Positions 13,447-25,125 of a stretch of DNA of 64,000 nt are shown here, piece after piece; position 1 is the stretch's first letter; each line of letters opens with the position of its first letter. Source of the stretch: Eledone cirrhosa (taxonomy: Eukaryota); the NCBI GenBank assembly GCA_964016885.1, contig OZ024743.1, forward strand, positions 325,686,001-325,750,000, given 5' to 3'. Below the pieces are notes generated by a model. The model did no database searches. It was not told the DNA's origin and saw nothing but the letters and a program-made list of their open reading frames with translations. The translations under genes were made by a program, and so were the position numbers.

Positions 13447-14844
13447 TTAGTTTCCCAGAGTTGTAGCAGTTTTTACATTGCCAGTTATTGCGGGTAGATC
13501 ACACTCAGACCAGCTGGTATCTCTCTTCCACGTTTCACCAGCCTTGACAAACCTCCAGATCTGCCCATCATCACGCAGACTGAAACTTTCATCTTGTGCT
13601 GAGTTCCGATTCAAGGAAGCTGCAGCACGTAGTTTTGGACGTACATGGGGTGGTAGGCCTGGGCGTGTTCGGAAGGTAATCCGATTTTCACGCACAGCTT
13701 TAGCAGAGGCCAGATGATATGAGGTTGCCTCTGCGGGGTCCGAGAAAGACAGCCTGATGAGTCTGGGTTTTGGACCAGGTCGACCAAGGCGGAGGGCACC
13801 CTTTGGGGGAACACAGCCTAGGTCTTTGGCTGAGCTGGCAGCAAATGCCTGAAGATCAGCCTTGTCCTCTGGTACCCCAATGGCAATCACTTCATGGGTA
13901 GCAGATTCCGCAGTCTTTTCAGTCTTTCCAGCAAGAGGTACAGGGAGATTCTTTAGCAAGGCATTCCGATAAGACCCCTCATTGTGGGGTCCTACCCGAA
14001 TGCTTGCCTCTATTCCTGCAACTTCCCTTCTCAGAGCAGAAATCATTAGTTGCAGTTCCGCAAAATCTGTACTGGTCGGTTGTTGTTGTTGTTGTTGTTG
14101 CTGCTGCTGCTGCTGTCGTTGTTGGTGATGATGATGTTCCTCCACGGGAATGGCAGGGGAGGACACAGTCGCAGGTTGTTGCTGTTGTTGGTGATGATGA
14201 TGTTCCTCCACGGGAATGGCAGGGGAGGACACAGTCGCAGGTTGTTGCTGTTGTTGTTGTTGGTGATGATGATGTTCCTCCACGGGAATGGTAGGGGAAG
14301 ACACAGTCACCAGTTGTTGGTGTCGAGATGTACTGGGAGTGGAAGACATGGGTTGTTGTTGTTTCTGATGTTCTCCCACAGGAATAACAGTAGAAGCCAG
14401 TGTCATAGATTTTTGCCGTTGTTCAGTAACAATGGTAGAGGAAGACACAGTCATTGGTTTTTGTTGTTGTTGTTGTTTTTCAATAACATTAATAACATTC
14501 GTGGAGGCAGGCACACAGGCCAGACACTGAAAGGACCAGGATTTTAGCTGGACCATCTCCCATATTCCATCCATCATAGCATTATGATGTCTCTTTTTTT
14601 GGCCTGGGATCCTCCGGAAGCCTGTGGCGCATTGAAGGCAGACAGAGATGCGACAGGTTCCACATTCGACCCAGCGATTACGGAACGAGTTTTCGGGTTC
14701 CGCACAGATATGGCAGATGTGATTTTCTGGGCAATGTTCTATCTTGGGACATCGGCCGGTTTTGTCGCATATTTCATCGATGGATATCACCATGGCAATT
14801 TTGTTATTTCTACCCATCCGTAGAAAAACACAGAATGTAAACAA
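13447..14844 (-). CDS. CR1 ORF1: PHD-like Cys cluster, Q/H-rich repeats, coiled-coil-like segment
   Basis: CHIC..WVECGTC..VCLQC..WSFQCLAC; KPRLIRLSF motif typical of LINE ORF1; lies directly 5' of ORF2. The true start may be the ATG at ~14817. Confidence 0.88.
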   Translation of the reverse strand: MFTFCVFLRMGRNNKIAMVISIDEICDKTGRCPKIEHCPENHICHICAEPENSFRNRWVECGTCRISVCLQCATGFRRIPGQKKRHHNAMMDGIWEMVQLKSWSFQCLACVPASTNVINVIEKQQQQQKPMTVSSSTIVTEQRQKSMTLASTVIPVGEHQKQQQPMSSTPSTSRHQQLVTVSSPTIPVEEHHHHQQQQQQQPATVSSPAIPVEEHHHHQQQQQPATVSSPAIPVEEHHHHQQRQQQQQQQQQQQQPTSTDFAELQLMISALRREVAGIEASIRVGPHNEGSYRNALLKNLPVPLAGKTEKTAESATHEVIAIGVPEDKADLQAFAASSAKDLGCVPPKGALRLGRPGPKPRLIRLSFSDPAEATSYHLASAKAVRENRITFRTRPGLPPHVRPKLRAAASLNRNSAQDESFSLRDDGQIWRFVKAGETWKRDTSWSECDLPAITGNVKTATTLGN

Positions 14845-15673
14845 TATAGGTTTAGCGCACTTGATTACGATAGAAATAAAATGTCTGTTTTTTTGTGTAT
14901 TTTGTTTCCGTTTTCCTAAATGTTGTGTGTGTACAGAAGAGTCTGAATTACATTACATGTAAACAAATAAATATGCTGCGTAAGTTAAATGAAACGTACT
15001 GTAGAAGGCAGTTGTTTATTAACAGCGAAATAAGGTTTTTTTTTGTTTTTTTTTAGTGACAGGTCAGGCTTGTGACCTAGTGAGGTTGCTTCTGACTACT
15101 TCTCCTTCCCATCCCCACCACCACTATCACCACCATCATCATCATCTGCCATTTTCCAGGCTGGCATGAGTTGTCACAGCGTGAGACAAGACATGGTCAG
15201 AGAATTACATCTTGCTCATATGTTCTAGATTTCCGCATGGTTCATATGGCTGGATGCACTTCCTAACATCAACCACTTTACAAACTGCACTGAGTGTATT
15301 TTATCATGGCATCAGCACTACAGGGCTTTGTACAGTTTCAACATACTAATTATATTCACAAGACATTAGTCAGCTCAAGGCCATAGTAAAAGACACTTGC
15401 CCAAGATGACATGAAGTGGGATACATTCAGAAACCACATAGTTGTGAAGTAAACTTCTTAATCAGACAGCCATGCCAGTACCTATAGCCATACATAAACA
15501 TCATCATTTTACATCCATTTTGTACCATGCTAGCATGGGCTCAATACTTCATTGGACCCAGTATCTATCAAATCACATTTACATATGTTCCAGTCTGGGC
15601 ATGGTTTGTACAGCTATATGCCCTTTCTATCACCAATCACTTTACAGAATATATATATATTGCATAAACATAC

Positions 15674-15840
15674 CTTAGTGTGTGTTTCCCATTCTCCTAA
15701 TGCCATTGTAGTTTTTGGAGCTATATACATCATAGCAGAGGTAGAGTGCCTTCCATCATCATCATCATCATCATCATTACCAACATCATCATTGTCATTA
15801 ACATCTTGTTCTGTGTCTGACTCAGAAGATAATTCTTCTT
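15674..15840 (-). CDS. ZGPAT: ZGPAT coding exon 8
   Basis: Acidic tract then ALGEWETHTK|gtatg (human WEVHTR precedes the G-patch); an alternative in-frame acceptor would start the exon at 15849. Confidence 0.85.
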
Positions 15841-16171
15841 CTGTAACAGCTTTAGAATAACAGATACTATTTTAACAGATGAATAATCAGACAGACAGAT
15901 ATAAAGGCAGTGGATAGACAGATAGACAGAGAGTAGAGAGATAGAGAGACAGGCAGTGGTCAGTTAGAGAGACATGTAGATGGATATAGAGATAGACAGT
16001 GATAGGCAGTGGGGAGACAGAGAGACAGGCAATGAAGAGAGATATGGAGAGATATGTAAATAGATACAAAAATAGAGAGACAGTAGCAGGCAGTGGGTAG
16101 ACAGACGGACAGACAGGCTGGCAGTAGAGAGACAAATAGACAGTGGAAGGCAGTGGACAGATAGATTGATT

Positions 16172-19100
16172 TCATCATTATCATCATCGTTTAACGTCCA
16201 TCTTCCACGCTAGCATGGGTTTGGACGGGAGTTTTCCCACTTGAGGCAAGATTGGTTGTCTTGCTCGTATAGGACTGTCTGGCGGGTTTTCTACGGCTTG
16301 ATGCCCTTCCTAACACCAACCACGTTTACAGTGTGGACTGGGAGGTTTTTACCGTGTTACCTACACGGCCACATTACAGCGTGGACTGTGTGTTTTTTTG
16401 TCGTGACACCTACACGACCTCATTTATTTAGGACTGGATGTTGTGGTACCAACATAGCTTTACATTGAAAGGGGTGGTGTGGATGGGGTGGGGGTAGTGG
16501 GACGGGGGTGTATTTTTGTTAGAGGTGCCTACTGACTGTAGGTTTCGCTTTGTACTTAGGCAAGGCGGGTCTTCTGTATTACTGTGTAGCGCCAAAGATC
16601 TCGGTCCAGTGACATTGTCTTGGCGAGGTGTAAGTGTGTGAGGTCAGAATTATCAAATCGTCCCAGGTTTTTCTGGGTCTGCCTACTCCGTGGCTACCGT
16701 CTATTTTTATTGCCCTGCACTTTTTTATACAGCTGTCGTCTTTCATGCGCATCACGTGACCGTACCAACGTAGTCTTCTCTCGAGTAAACAACATCTGAT
16801 CCCTCTTATTCCTAATTTCTCACTTAGTTCATTTATGCTTTGCCGTTCACGTATATTACTATTACACATCCAGCAGAGCATGCAAGCTTCGTTCCTCTCC
16901 TGTCTGCGTATATCCTCTGCACACAATACCCAGGTCTCACTGCCATGTAACATTGCTGTTCGTATGCAGGCATCATACAGCCTGCCTTTCATTTTTAGAG
17001 AGAACCATTTAGCGGCCACTAGTGGTATAAGCTCTCTGAACTTTTTCCATCCCATTCTGACTCTAGCTACTGTACTTTCAGAGCACCCTCCACCACTGCT
17101 GATTTTGTCACCCAGGTAACGGAAGGTGTCCACTATTTCAATAGAACCATCTGTGCAATGGAATGAGCTAGTATTCTGTGGGCACTTGCTGCTACTTATT
17201 GCACCTGAGCACCGGCCACATATAAAATTTATATTCTTAGTTAGCTTACCTGTGATCCCACATCTTTTATGCACCCATACTTTTCATTTTGGACATAAAA
17301 TGGAGTTTCTGCCTACTCCTTTCCTACACACTGAGCATGGCCATTTCCCAGATGGGACTGGTGCCCTAATTTCCTTCCTACAAACTAAAACTTTAGTCTT
17401 AGACAGGTTAATTTTAAGGCCTTTTGATTCTATCCCATGCTTCCATGTTTGGAATTTCTTCTCTAGTTCAGCCATTAATTCAGCTATGAGCGTTAGATCA
17501 TCTGCGTATAGGAGTTCCCATGGGCAGCCGGTCTAGAACTCCTCTGTTATAGCCTGAAGGGCAATAATAAATAGTAGGGGGCTAAGAACGGAGCCCTGGT
17601 GAACACCAACTTTTACGCTAAACTCTTCACTATATTCATTGTTAATTCTAACCTTGCTGACTGTTTCTTTATACATGGCTTGTATAGCTCTCACAAGCCA
17701 TTCATCAACACCTAGTTTTCTAAGAGCCCACCAGATAATGGAGCGGGGAACTCTGTCAAAGGCTTTCTCCAAGTCAACAAAAGCTAAATATAGAGATTTA
17801 CTTTTAGCTAGGTACTTCTCCTGTAGTTGTCGTACAATGAAAAGAGCGTCTGTGGTACTTTTACCTGACACAAACCCGAACTGCATTTCATCTAGATCAA
17901 TTCTCTCTCTGATTAGTTGCGCTATTACTTTTTCTGTGACCTTCATGACCTGGTCGATTAATTTAATGCCTCTATAGTTTCCCCTATCTAGGGCATCTCC
18001 TTTACCCTTGTAGCAGTTAATGATGATGCTGCTACGCCAGTCCTTCGGAACGACCCCATTCTGTATGACTTGGTTTACTATCCGGGTGACGATAGTGTGT
18101 CCCACCGTTCCAGATGCTTTCAGCATTTCAGCAACTATTTCCGAAGGCCCAGCTGCCTTACCCGTCTTCATATCTTTGATTGCCTTACTTATTACTACCT
18201 TCAACTTGCACTGCTGGTCCCTCTATTGGATCGATGTGGGGGAGACTGTCTTTCTCCCATTTATTCTCCTCATTTAGTAGCCTTTCGTAGTGACACTTCC
18301 AATCTACCTTCTTATCAGCGTCAGTGATGGCAAGTACACCATCATCATTAAGGACACACTTCTCCCCGACAATATCACGGTTTTCCTTGACACATTGCCT
18401 AGCAATCCTGAACACCTCACGTTTTTGGTCCTCGCGTTGTAGAACATGCTTGAACTTTCTTTCCTCTGCTTCCCTTCTTGTGAAGTACACCTGTCTCCTA
18501 GCTTCCCTCCTGGCCACTTGATAGTCTTCTCTACTTCCCCCATCCCGCCATATTTTCCAAGCCTGCTTTTTGGCCTTGATTGACTCCTCCACCTTACTGT
18601 TCCACCACCACATTACTCTCCTCCTGCCTATAGGTCTGCTCCAACCACAGACTTCATCTGCCGCCTTCAGCAGGTTAGCTTTCAGGAATTCCCACTGTTC
18701 CTCTATATTGTACGACTCTAATTGCTCTTCCTTACTGTCAAAAGCATCAAGTAATATGCTTTTAAATTTATTACTGGCTGTGGAGTCCTTTAGCTTCCAT
18801 ATTTTTCTCCTGAGGATAGTCTCCCTCTGTTGTCGAGTACGTCTTGTCCTGACTATGAAGTCGCTGACTATGAGTCTATGTTGGGAGGTGCATTCTTCAT
18901 GGGGGAGGGATTTAGTGTTTACAACAGACACTCTGTCACGTCTCCTGGTAAGGATATAATCTATCTGACTGGCGTGTTCCCCTGATCAAGTGATTGTCTC
19001 GTTTTTTGAAGTTAGTGTTACAGATAGTTAGGTTATTTGCGTCACAGAATTCCAGGATTCTGGAGCCTTCCTCATTTCTAGTACCAAACCCATAGCCTCC

Positions 19101-19482
19101 ATTGATTCCGTCATAGCCATCACAATGTTGTCCAACGTGACCATTTAGGTCGCCAGCAATAATTATGTAGTCACTGTCGGTTATTTGGGAGGTAGTGAGC
19201 ATCAATGTCTCATAGAATCTGTCTTTTATAACGCCAGGCAGTCTGGATTGGGGTGCGTACGCAGATATTACTGTCACAGTAGTTCGATTTAGGACAAGTC
19301 TTATTTTAATTATTCTGTCGTTCACTCTATTTACGTCTATTATCTTATCTACCCACTTTTCTGCTAACATGATTCCTACTCCACCCACCCTGAAAAGCTT
19401 ATAGCATCGTTTTTTACCCACAATGAATCTAGCAGACCCACCCCTCGACCTGGTCTCTTGGATACAACAAACATCAACTCCT
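16172..19482 (-). mobile_element. Near-full-length, decayed RTE-clade LINE (APE + RT)
   Basis: Frameshifted ORFs with SAYAPQ, GDLNGHVG, NYRGI, FVDLEKAFD, GVHQGSVLSP, YADD, FRYLG and GRPRKTW; (ATC)n tail. Confidence 0.92.
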
Positions 19483-19485
19483 TAT

Positions 19486-20168
19486 TTCATCATCATCATC
19501 ATCATCATCAGGTTTAGAGTCCGTGTTCCACGCTTGCATGGGTTTGGACGGGGGTTTTCCCACTTGAGGCAAGAGTGGTTGTCTTGCTCGCATAGGACTG
19601 TCTGGCGGGTTTTCTACAGTTGGATGCCCTTCCTAACACCAACCACATTTACAGTGTGGGGCTGGGAGGTTTTTACCGTGTTGCCTACACGGCCACATTA
19701 CAGCATGGACTGTCTGGCGGGTTTTCTACAGCTGGATGCCCTTCCTAACACCAACCACATTTACAGTGTGGGGCTGGGAGGTTTTTACCGTGTTGCCTAC
19801 ACGGCCACATTTACAGCGTGGACTGTGTGTTTTTTGTCGTGACACCTACACGATCTCATTTGTTTCGGCCTGGATGTTGTGGGACCAACATAACTTTACA
19901 TTGAAAGGGGCGGTGTGGGTGGGGTGGAGGTGGTGGGACGGGGGTGTGTTTTGATAGAGGTGCCTACTGACTGTAGTAGGTTTTTACTTTGTATTTAGGT
20001 AAGGCGGGTCTTCTCTATTACTGAGTACCGCCAAAGGTCTCGGTCCAGTGACATTGTCTTGGAGAGGTGTAAGCGTGTGAGGTCGGAATTTATCAGCTCG
20101 TCCCATGTTTTTCTGGGTCTGCCTACTCCGTGGCTACCGTCTATCTTTATTGCCCTGCACTTTGTTAT
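19486..20168 (-). mobile_element. RTE 3' fragment; inverted near-copy of 22487-23278
   Basis: (ATC)n tail, 3' UTR with 112-bp tandem units, and the end of the ORF; reverse complement of the 21-23 kb element's 3' part. Confidence 0.9.
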
Positions 20169-20823
20169 ACATTTTTTGTAAATGTATACAGAGATAGAGA
20201 GACAATGAGACAGTAGACAGAGATAGAGTGGTAGACATCTAAATCCATAGATGAGACAGTCAGGCCTCTAAGAATAAAGATAGACATATAGATGGATATA
20301 GAGACAAATAGACAGACACAGACAGATAGATATAAAGACAGAGACAAACATAAAGAGATAGAGTGACAGGTAGAGACAGACAGACACAAGTGGAAGGATG
20401 GATCTAGAAACAAAGAAACAAGTATAGATAGATAGTTAGATATGCAAAAAGGAAGGACACAGTGGACAATGTAAGTACTCTATGCAGAGACAGCTTTTCA
20501 TGATTAGAAGGCCTTTGATCACAAATCTGCTTAATCAGGGTAGGCTTGGGTTTAAATAGCAACTAACTTAGTATGGTGTTATCATAACATCTGTCTTAAC
20601 TCTTCTGATACAAAATCGCCTGAAATTGTCCCTGACTTTAGAATACTAGACTGTTTGTTTTAAAGTCTTTATATTTATCTAAAAACTTTCCATCATGATT
20701 TTATATAAGAACCTTTGCTAAGTTAAGTTAAGTTATGTTATGTTCCAAACACCAGCTAAATGCCTCCAAGTTCTTGAGTATTTTTCATTAGAAATATGTT
20801 AACAAAAGGGATAAAATACTCAC

Positions 20824-20981
20824 CAGCTGGCATGATTTCATCGGATCCAACAACAAGGACATCATTACGACCTTCAAAGGCAACAACAAAACGCCCATCT
20901 TCTTCAATCCCTTCAATCTTTGCATTGCACCACAAACCATCAATGTAACGAGCCAGACACTTACCCCCTATTTGCAAGGAA
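20824..20981 (-). CDS. ZGPAT: ZGPAT coding exon 7 (Tudor domain)
   Basis: cag|T TCC TTG CAA ... GCT G|gtgagt; LQIGGKCLARYIDGLWCNAKIEGIEEDGRFVVAF. Confidence 0.92.
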
Positions 20982-21087
20982 CTGTTAATAACAAATATTA
21001 TATATTACACATCAGTCTCATATATAAATTCTAAAACATCATCACACTGTATATATATAAATCTATGATATATATAATAATAATAAT

Positions 21088-23278
21088 AATGAAGGCATCT
21101 GGTTCGGTGGGACACACCATGGTCACCCGGATAGTTAACCAAGTCGTACAGAATGGGGTTGTTCCGAAGGAATGGCGTAGCAGCATCATCGTTAACTGCT
21201 ATAAGGGAAAAGGAGATGCCCTAGATAGGAGTAACTATAGAGGCATTAAATTAATCGACCAGGTCATGAAGGTCACGGAAAAAGTAATAGCGCAACTAAT
21301 CAGAGAGAGAATTGATCTAGATGAAATGCAGTTCGGATTTGTGTCAGGCAAAAGTACCACAGACGCTCTTTTCATTGTACGACAACTACAGGAGAAGTAC
21401 CTAGCTAAAAGTAAACCGCTATACTTAGCTTTCGTCGACTTGGAGAAAGCCTTCGACAGAGTCCCCCGTTCCATTATCTGGTGGTCTCTTAGAAAACTAG
21501 GTGTTGACAAATGGCTTGTGAGAGCTATACAAGCCATGTATAAAGAAACAGTCAGTAAGGTTAGAATTAACAACGAATATAGTGATGAGTTTAGCGTAAA
21601 AGTTGGTGTCCATCAGGGCTCTGTTCTTAGCCCCCTACTATTTATTATTGCCCTTCAGGCTATAACAGAGGAGTTCAAGACCGGCTGCCCATGGGAACTC
21701 CTATACGCAGATGATCTAACGCTCATAGCTGAATCAATGACCGAACTAGAGAAGAAATTCCAAACATGGAAGCACGGCCTAGAATCAAAAGGCCTTAAAA
21801 TTAACCTGGCTAAGACAAAAGTTCTAGTTTGTAGGAAAGAAAATATGGCGGCAGTCCCATCTGGGAAATGGCCATGCTCAGTGTGTAGGAAAGGCGTAGG
21901 TAGAAACTCCATTTTATGTCCCAAATGCAAAGTATGGGTGCATAAAAGATGTAGTGGGATCACAGGTAAGCTAACTAAGAACATAGATTTTACATGTGGC
22001 CGGTGCTCTGGTGCAATAAGTAGCAGCAAGTGCCCACAGAATACTAGCTCCTTCAACTGCGCAGAGGGTTCTATAGAAATAGTGGACAGCTTCCGTTACC
22101 TGGGTGACAAAATCAGCAGTGGGGGAGGGTGCTCTGAAAGTACAGTAGCTAGAGTCAGAACTGGATGGAAAAAGTTCAGAGAGCTTATACCACTATTAGC
22201 CGCTAGAGGGTTCTCCCTAAAAATGAAAGGCAGGTTATACGATGCCTGCATACGAACAGCAATGCTGCATGGCAGTGAGACCTGGGCATTGTGTGCAGAG
22301 GATATACGCAGACTAGAGAGGAACAAAGCTTGCATGCTCCGCTGGATGTGCAATAGTAATATACGTGAACGGCAAAGCATAAACGAACTAAGGAAAAAAT
22401 TAGAAATAAGAGGGATCAGATGTTGTTTACTCGAGAGAAGGCTACGTTGGTACGGTCACGTGATGCGCATGAAAGACGACAGCTGTATAACAAAGTGCAG
22501 GGCAATAAAGATAGACGGTAGCCACGGAGTAGGCAGACCCAGAAAAACATGGGACGAGCTGATAAATTCCGACCTCACACGCTTACACCTCTCCAAGACA
22601 ATGTCACTGGACCGAGACCTTTGGCGGTACTCAGTAATAGAGAAGACCCGCCTTACCTAAATACAAAGTAAAAACCTACTACAGTCAGTAGGCATCTCTA
22701 TCAAAACACCCCCCCCCCCCGTCCCACCACCTCCACCCCATCCACACCGCCCCTTTCAATGTACAGTTATGTTGGTCCCACAACATCCAGGCCGAAACAA
22801 ATGAGATCGTGTAGGTGTCACGACAAAAAACACACAGTCCACGCTGTAAATGTGGCCGTGTAGGCAACACGGTAAAAACCTCCCAGCCCCACACTGTAAA
22901 TGTGGTTGGTGTTAGGAAGGGCATCCAGCTGTAGAAAACCCGCCAGACAGTCCACGCTGTAATGTGGCCGTGTAGGCAACACGGTAAAAACCTCCCAGCC
23001 CCACACTGTAAATGTGGTTGGTGTTAGGAAGGGCATCCAGCTGTAGAAAACCCGCCAGACAGTCCACGCTGTAATGTGGCCGTGTAGGCAACACGGTAAA
23101 AACCTCCCAGCCCCACACTGTAAATGTGGTTGGTGTTAGGAAGGGCATCCAACTGTAGAAAACCCGCCAGACAGTCCTATGCGAGCAAGACAACCACTCT
23201 TGCCTCAAGTGGGAAAACCCCCGTCCAAACCCATGCAAGCGTGGAACACGGACGCTAAACCTGATGATGATGATGATG
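21088..23278 (+). mobile_element. 5'-truncated RTE LINE with intact RT frame (ORF 21065-22660)
   Basis: Uninterrupted RT motifs to the stop at 22660; 3' UTR with three 112-bp tandem units (starts 22891, 23003, 23115); (ATG)n tail. Confidence 0.94.
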
Positions 23279-23279
23279 A

Positions 23280-24062
23280 ATGAAAATTTTGTGTACAGTG
23301 CTCAGGTGCATTACAACTCATCAAAAGTGTATGTATAGTACATAGGGTAATGTACAAACATCAGGAAAATGAACATGTGTGCATGTGTATGGAAGGGGGA
23401 CATCAGGTGTAATTTTGGCGAATTTCGGGAAGCATGAGGGTTTTAAAGGATGCAGTGTCTCGGCAGCTAACAACTGACGCAGGCAGTTTGTTCCATGCTT
23501 CAGCAACACTAAGTGTGAAAAAATGTTTCTGAAAGTCATGGGAGCTGTGCTGTTTTCTGATTTTGTAGGCATGTCCACGTGTGTTAGACACATGGAGATC
23601 AAAAAGGTGCTCAGGGTTGTTGTTGGCGAGATGGTTAATAACTTTGTGGGTATTTACCAAGTCCATTGCCAGACGTCGGAGCTTCAATGAATCCATGCCC
23701 AGGGAAGCAAGGCGTTCAGAGTATGGTAGGTGTCTGATAGAGGGTATGCGCTTGGTTGCACGTCTCTGAACAGTTTCCAGGAGGTCAATGTTCTGAGCAA
23801 GATAGGGGTTCCAGACTGATGATGCGAATTCCAAGTGTGGTCGTACCATAGCTGTATACAGCTTTAAATAGATGGCTTGAGAGCGGCTAACAAAGGTCTT
23901 GCTGAGTGATGCCAAGACACCCTCGGCCTTCTTGACAATTTTAGAGATGTGCTTTGTCCAACGCAAATTGCTGCTGACAGTAATGCCCAGGTCACGTTCA
24001 CAGAGGACTTCTTGATATTAGTGCTGTGGAGGGAGTATGTGAACGCTGGATTTTTCCTCCCA
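23280..24062 (-). mobile_element. 5'-truncated CR1 copy, tail-to-tail with the RTE
   Basis: ORF 23403-23966 is nearly identical to the C-terminus of ORF2 at 10625-13390. Confidence 0.92.
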
Positions 24063-24101
24063 TATATCATTTCATCATATTTTTTTTTTTTAAATGAAAT
24101 G

Positions 24102-24136
<35 letters not shown>

Positions 24137-24497
24137 CAAAATGCCCTTCCAAACACCAACCCTTTTGCTTGCTTCTTACAACACGCAGTGATATGGTGTA
24201 CCTATTCTAAACTGGATACACATGTATATATGCACATATGTAAGTGATATGCAGGTCTCTCTGTCCATCTGAAAGGTCATAGCTCTGCTTGAGTACTGAC
24301 TCGACATTAGACGATGATTGTGATAATGAGGATGTCACTCTCGCTGTAATTCAACACTAGAAATACATTATAAATGTAATGAAACGGTATTACAATATTG
24401 ATACAAAATAAGAGCTACTAAACCCTACTTATTTCCCTTAAATTAAGTGATCGTATAGTTATCTCCCTTAGATTATTAGTGAACCAATTGATATATC

Positions 24498-25125
24498 AAA
24501 TATAAGTATGTATACGTACATACATATATGTATACAGACGTACAGTAGTATGTATATATATACATACATGCACACATATATATATGTACGTATGGATTTA
24601 CCGAACATTTATTATAATGTTTGGTTTGTTTGTAAACAAAAGTATCAGCCGTACTAAGAGTGAGAAATGAAATTCCGTTTCATTCTTTTCCATTTATCGT
24701 TTTCAGCACGCCCGGCCGACTAACTCACTCGATATGCAAATTAGGCTGCTCAGCCGTTAATATGCATAAGGAAAGTATATACTTTCAAACATTCAATCAT
24801 CTGAAGGTATACGATGCTGACGGATAGCTAATAAGCTTGAAACTAGTACATCGTTCCTGTGTCAGTGTTTAACAAAAAGGTGACGATGGTTGCGAACACT
24901 GTACGGCTTAATTAGGGATGTTTGTTTGTTTACAAACAAACCGAACATTATAATAAATGTTTGGTAAACCCATACGTACATATATATGTGTGCATGTATG
25001 TATATATATACATACTACTGTACGTCTGTATACATATATGTATGTACGTATACATACTTATATTTAAGTATCAGCCGTACTAAGAGTGAGAAATGAAATT
25101 TCGTTTCATTCTTTTCCATTTATAG
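24498..25125 (+). mobile_element. Non-coding hammerhead element, family A (retrozyme- or PLE-like): inverted partial arm plus 1.1 tandem monomers of ~427 nt
   Basis: 24498-24640 is the reverse complement of ~24925-25066; AGTATCAGCCGTACTAAGAG recurs at ~24641 and ~25067; 10-bp flanking duplication TTGATATATC (24488-24497, 25126-25135). Confidence 0.8.
24811..24854 (+). ncRNA. Minimal type I hammerhead ribozyme variant
   Basis: ACGAUG CUGACGGA U AGCU-aaua-AGCU U GAAAC UA GUA CAUCGU: perfect 6-bp stem I and palindromic ACUAGU stem III; extra G in the core. Confidence 0.65.

Larger units (their letters stand above)
10327..15008 (-). mobile_element. Full-length CR1-type LINE (ORF1 + ORF2) in a ZGPAT intron
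   Basis: Two uninterrupted ORFs, (TAA)n 3' tail at ~10327-10358, and a candidate 8-bp target duplication CAGTTGTT at 10319-10326 and 15009-15016. Confidence 0.92.
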
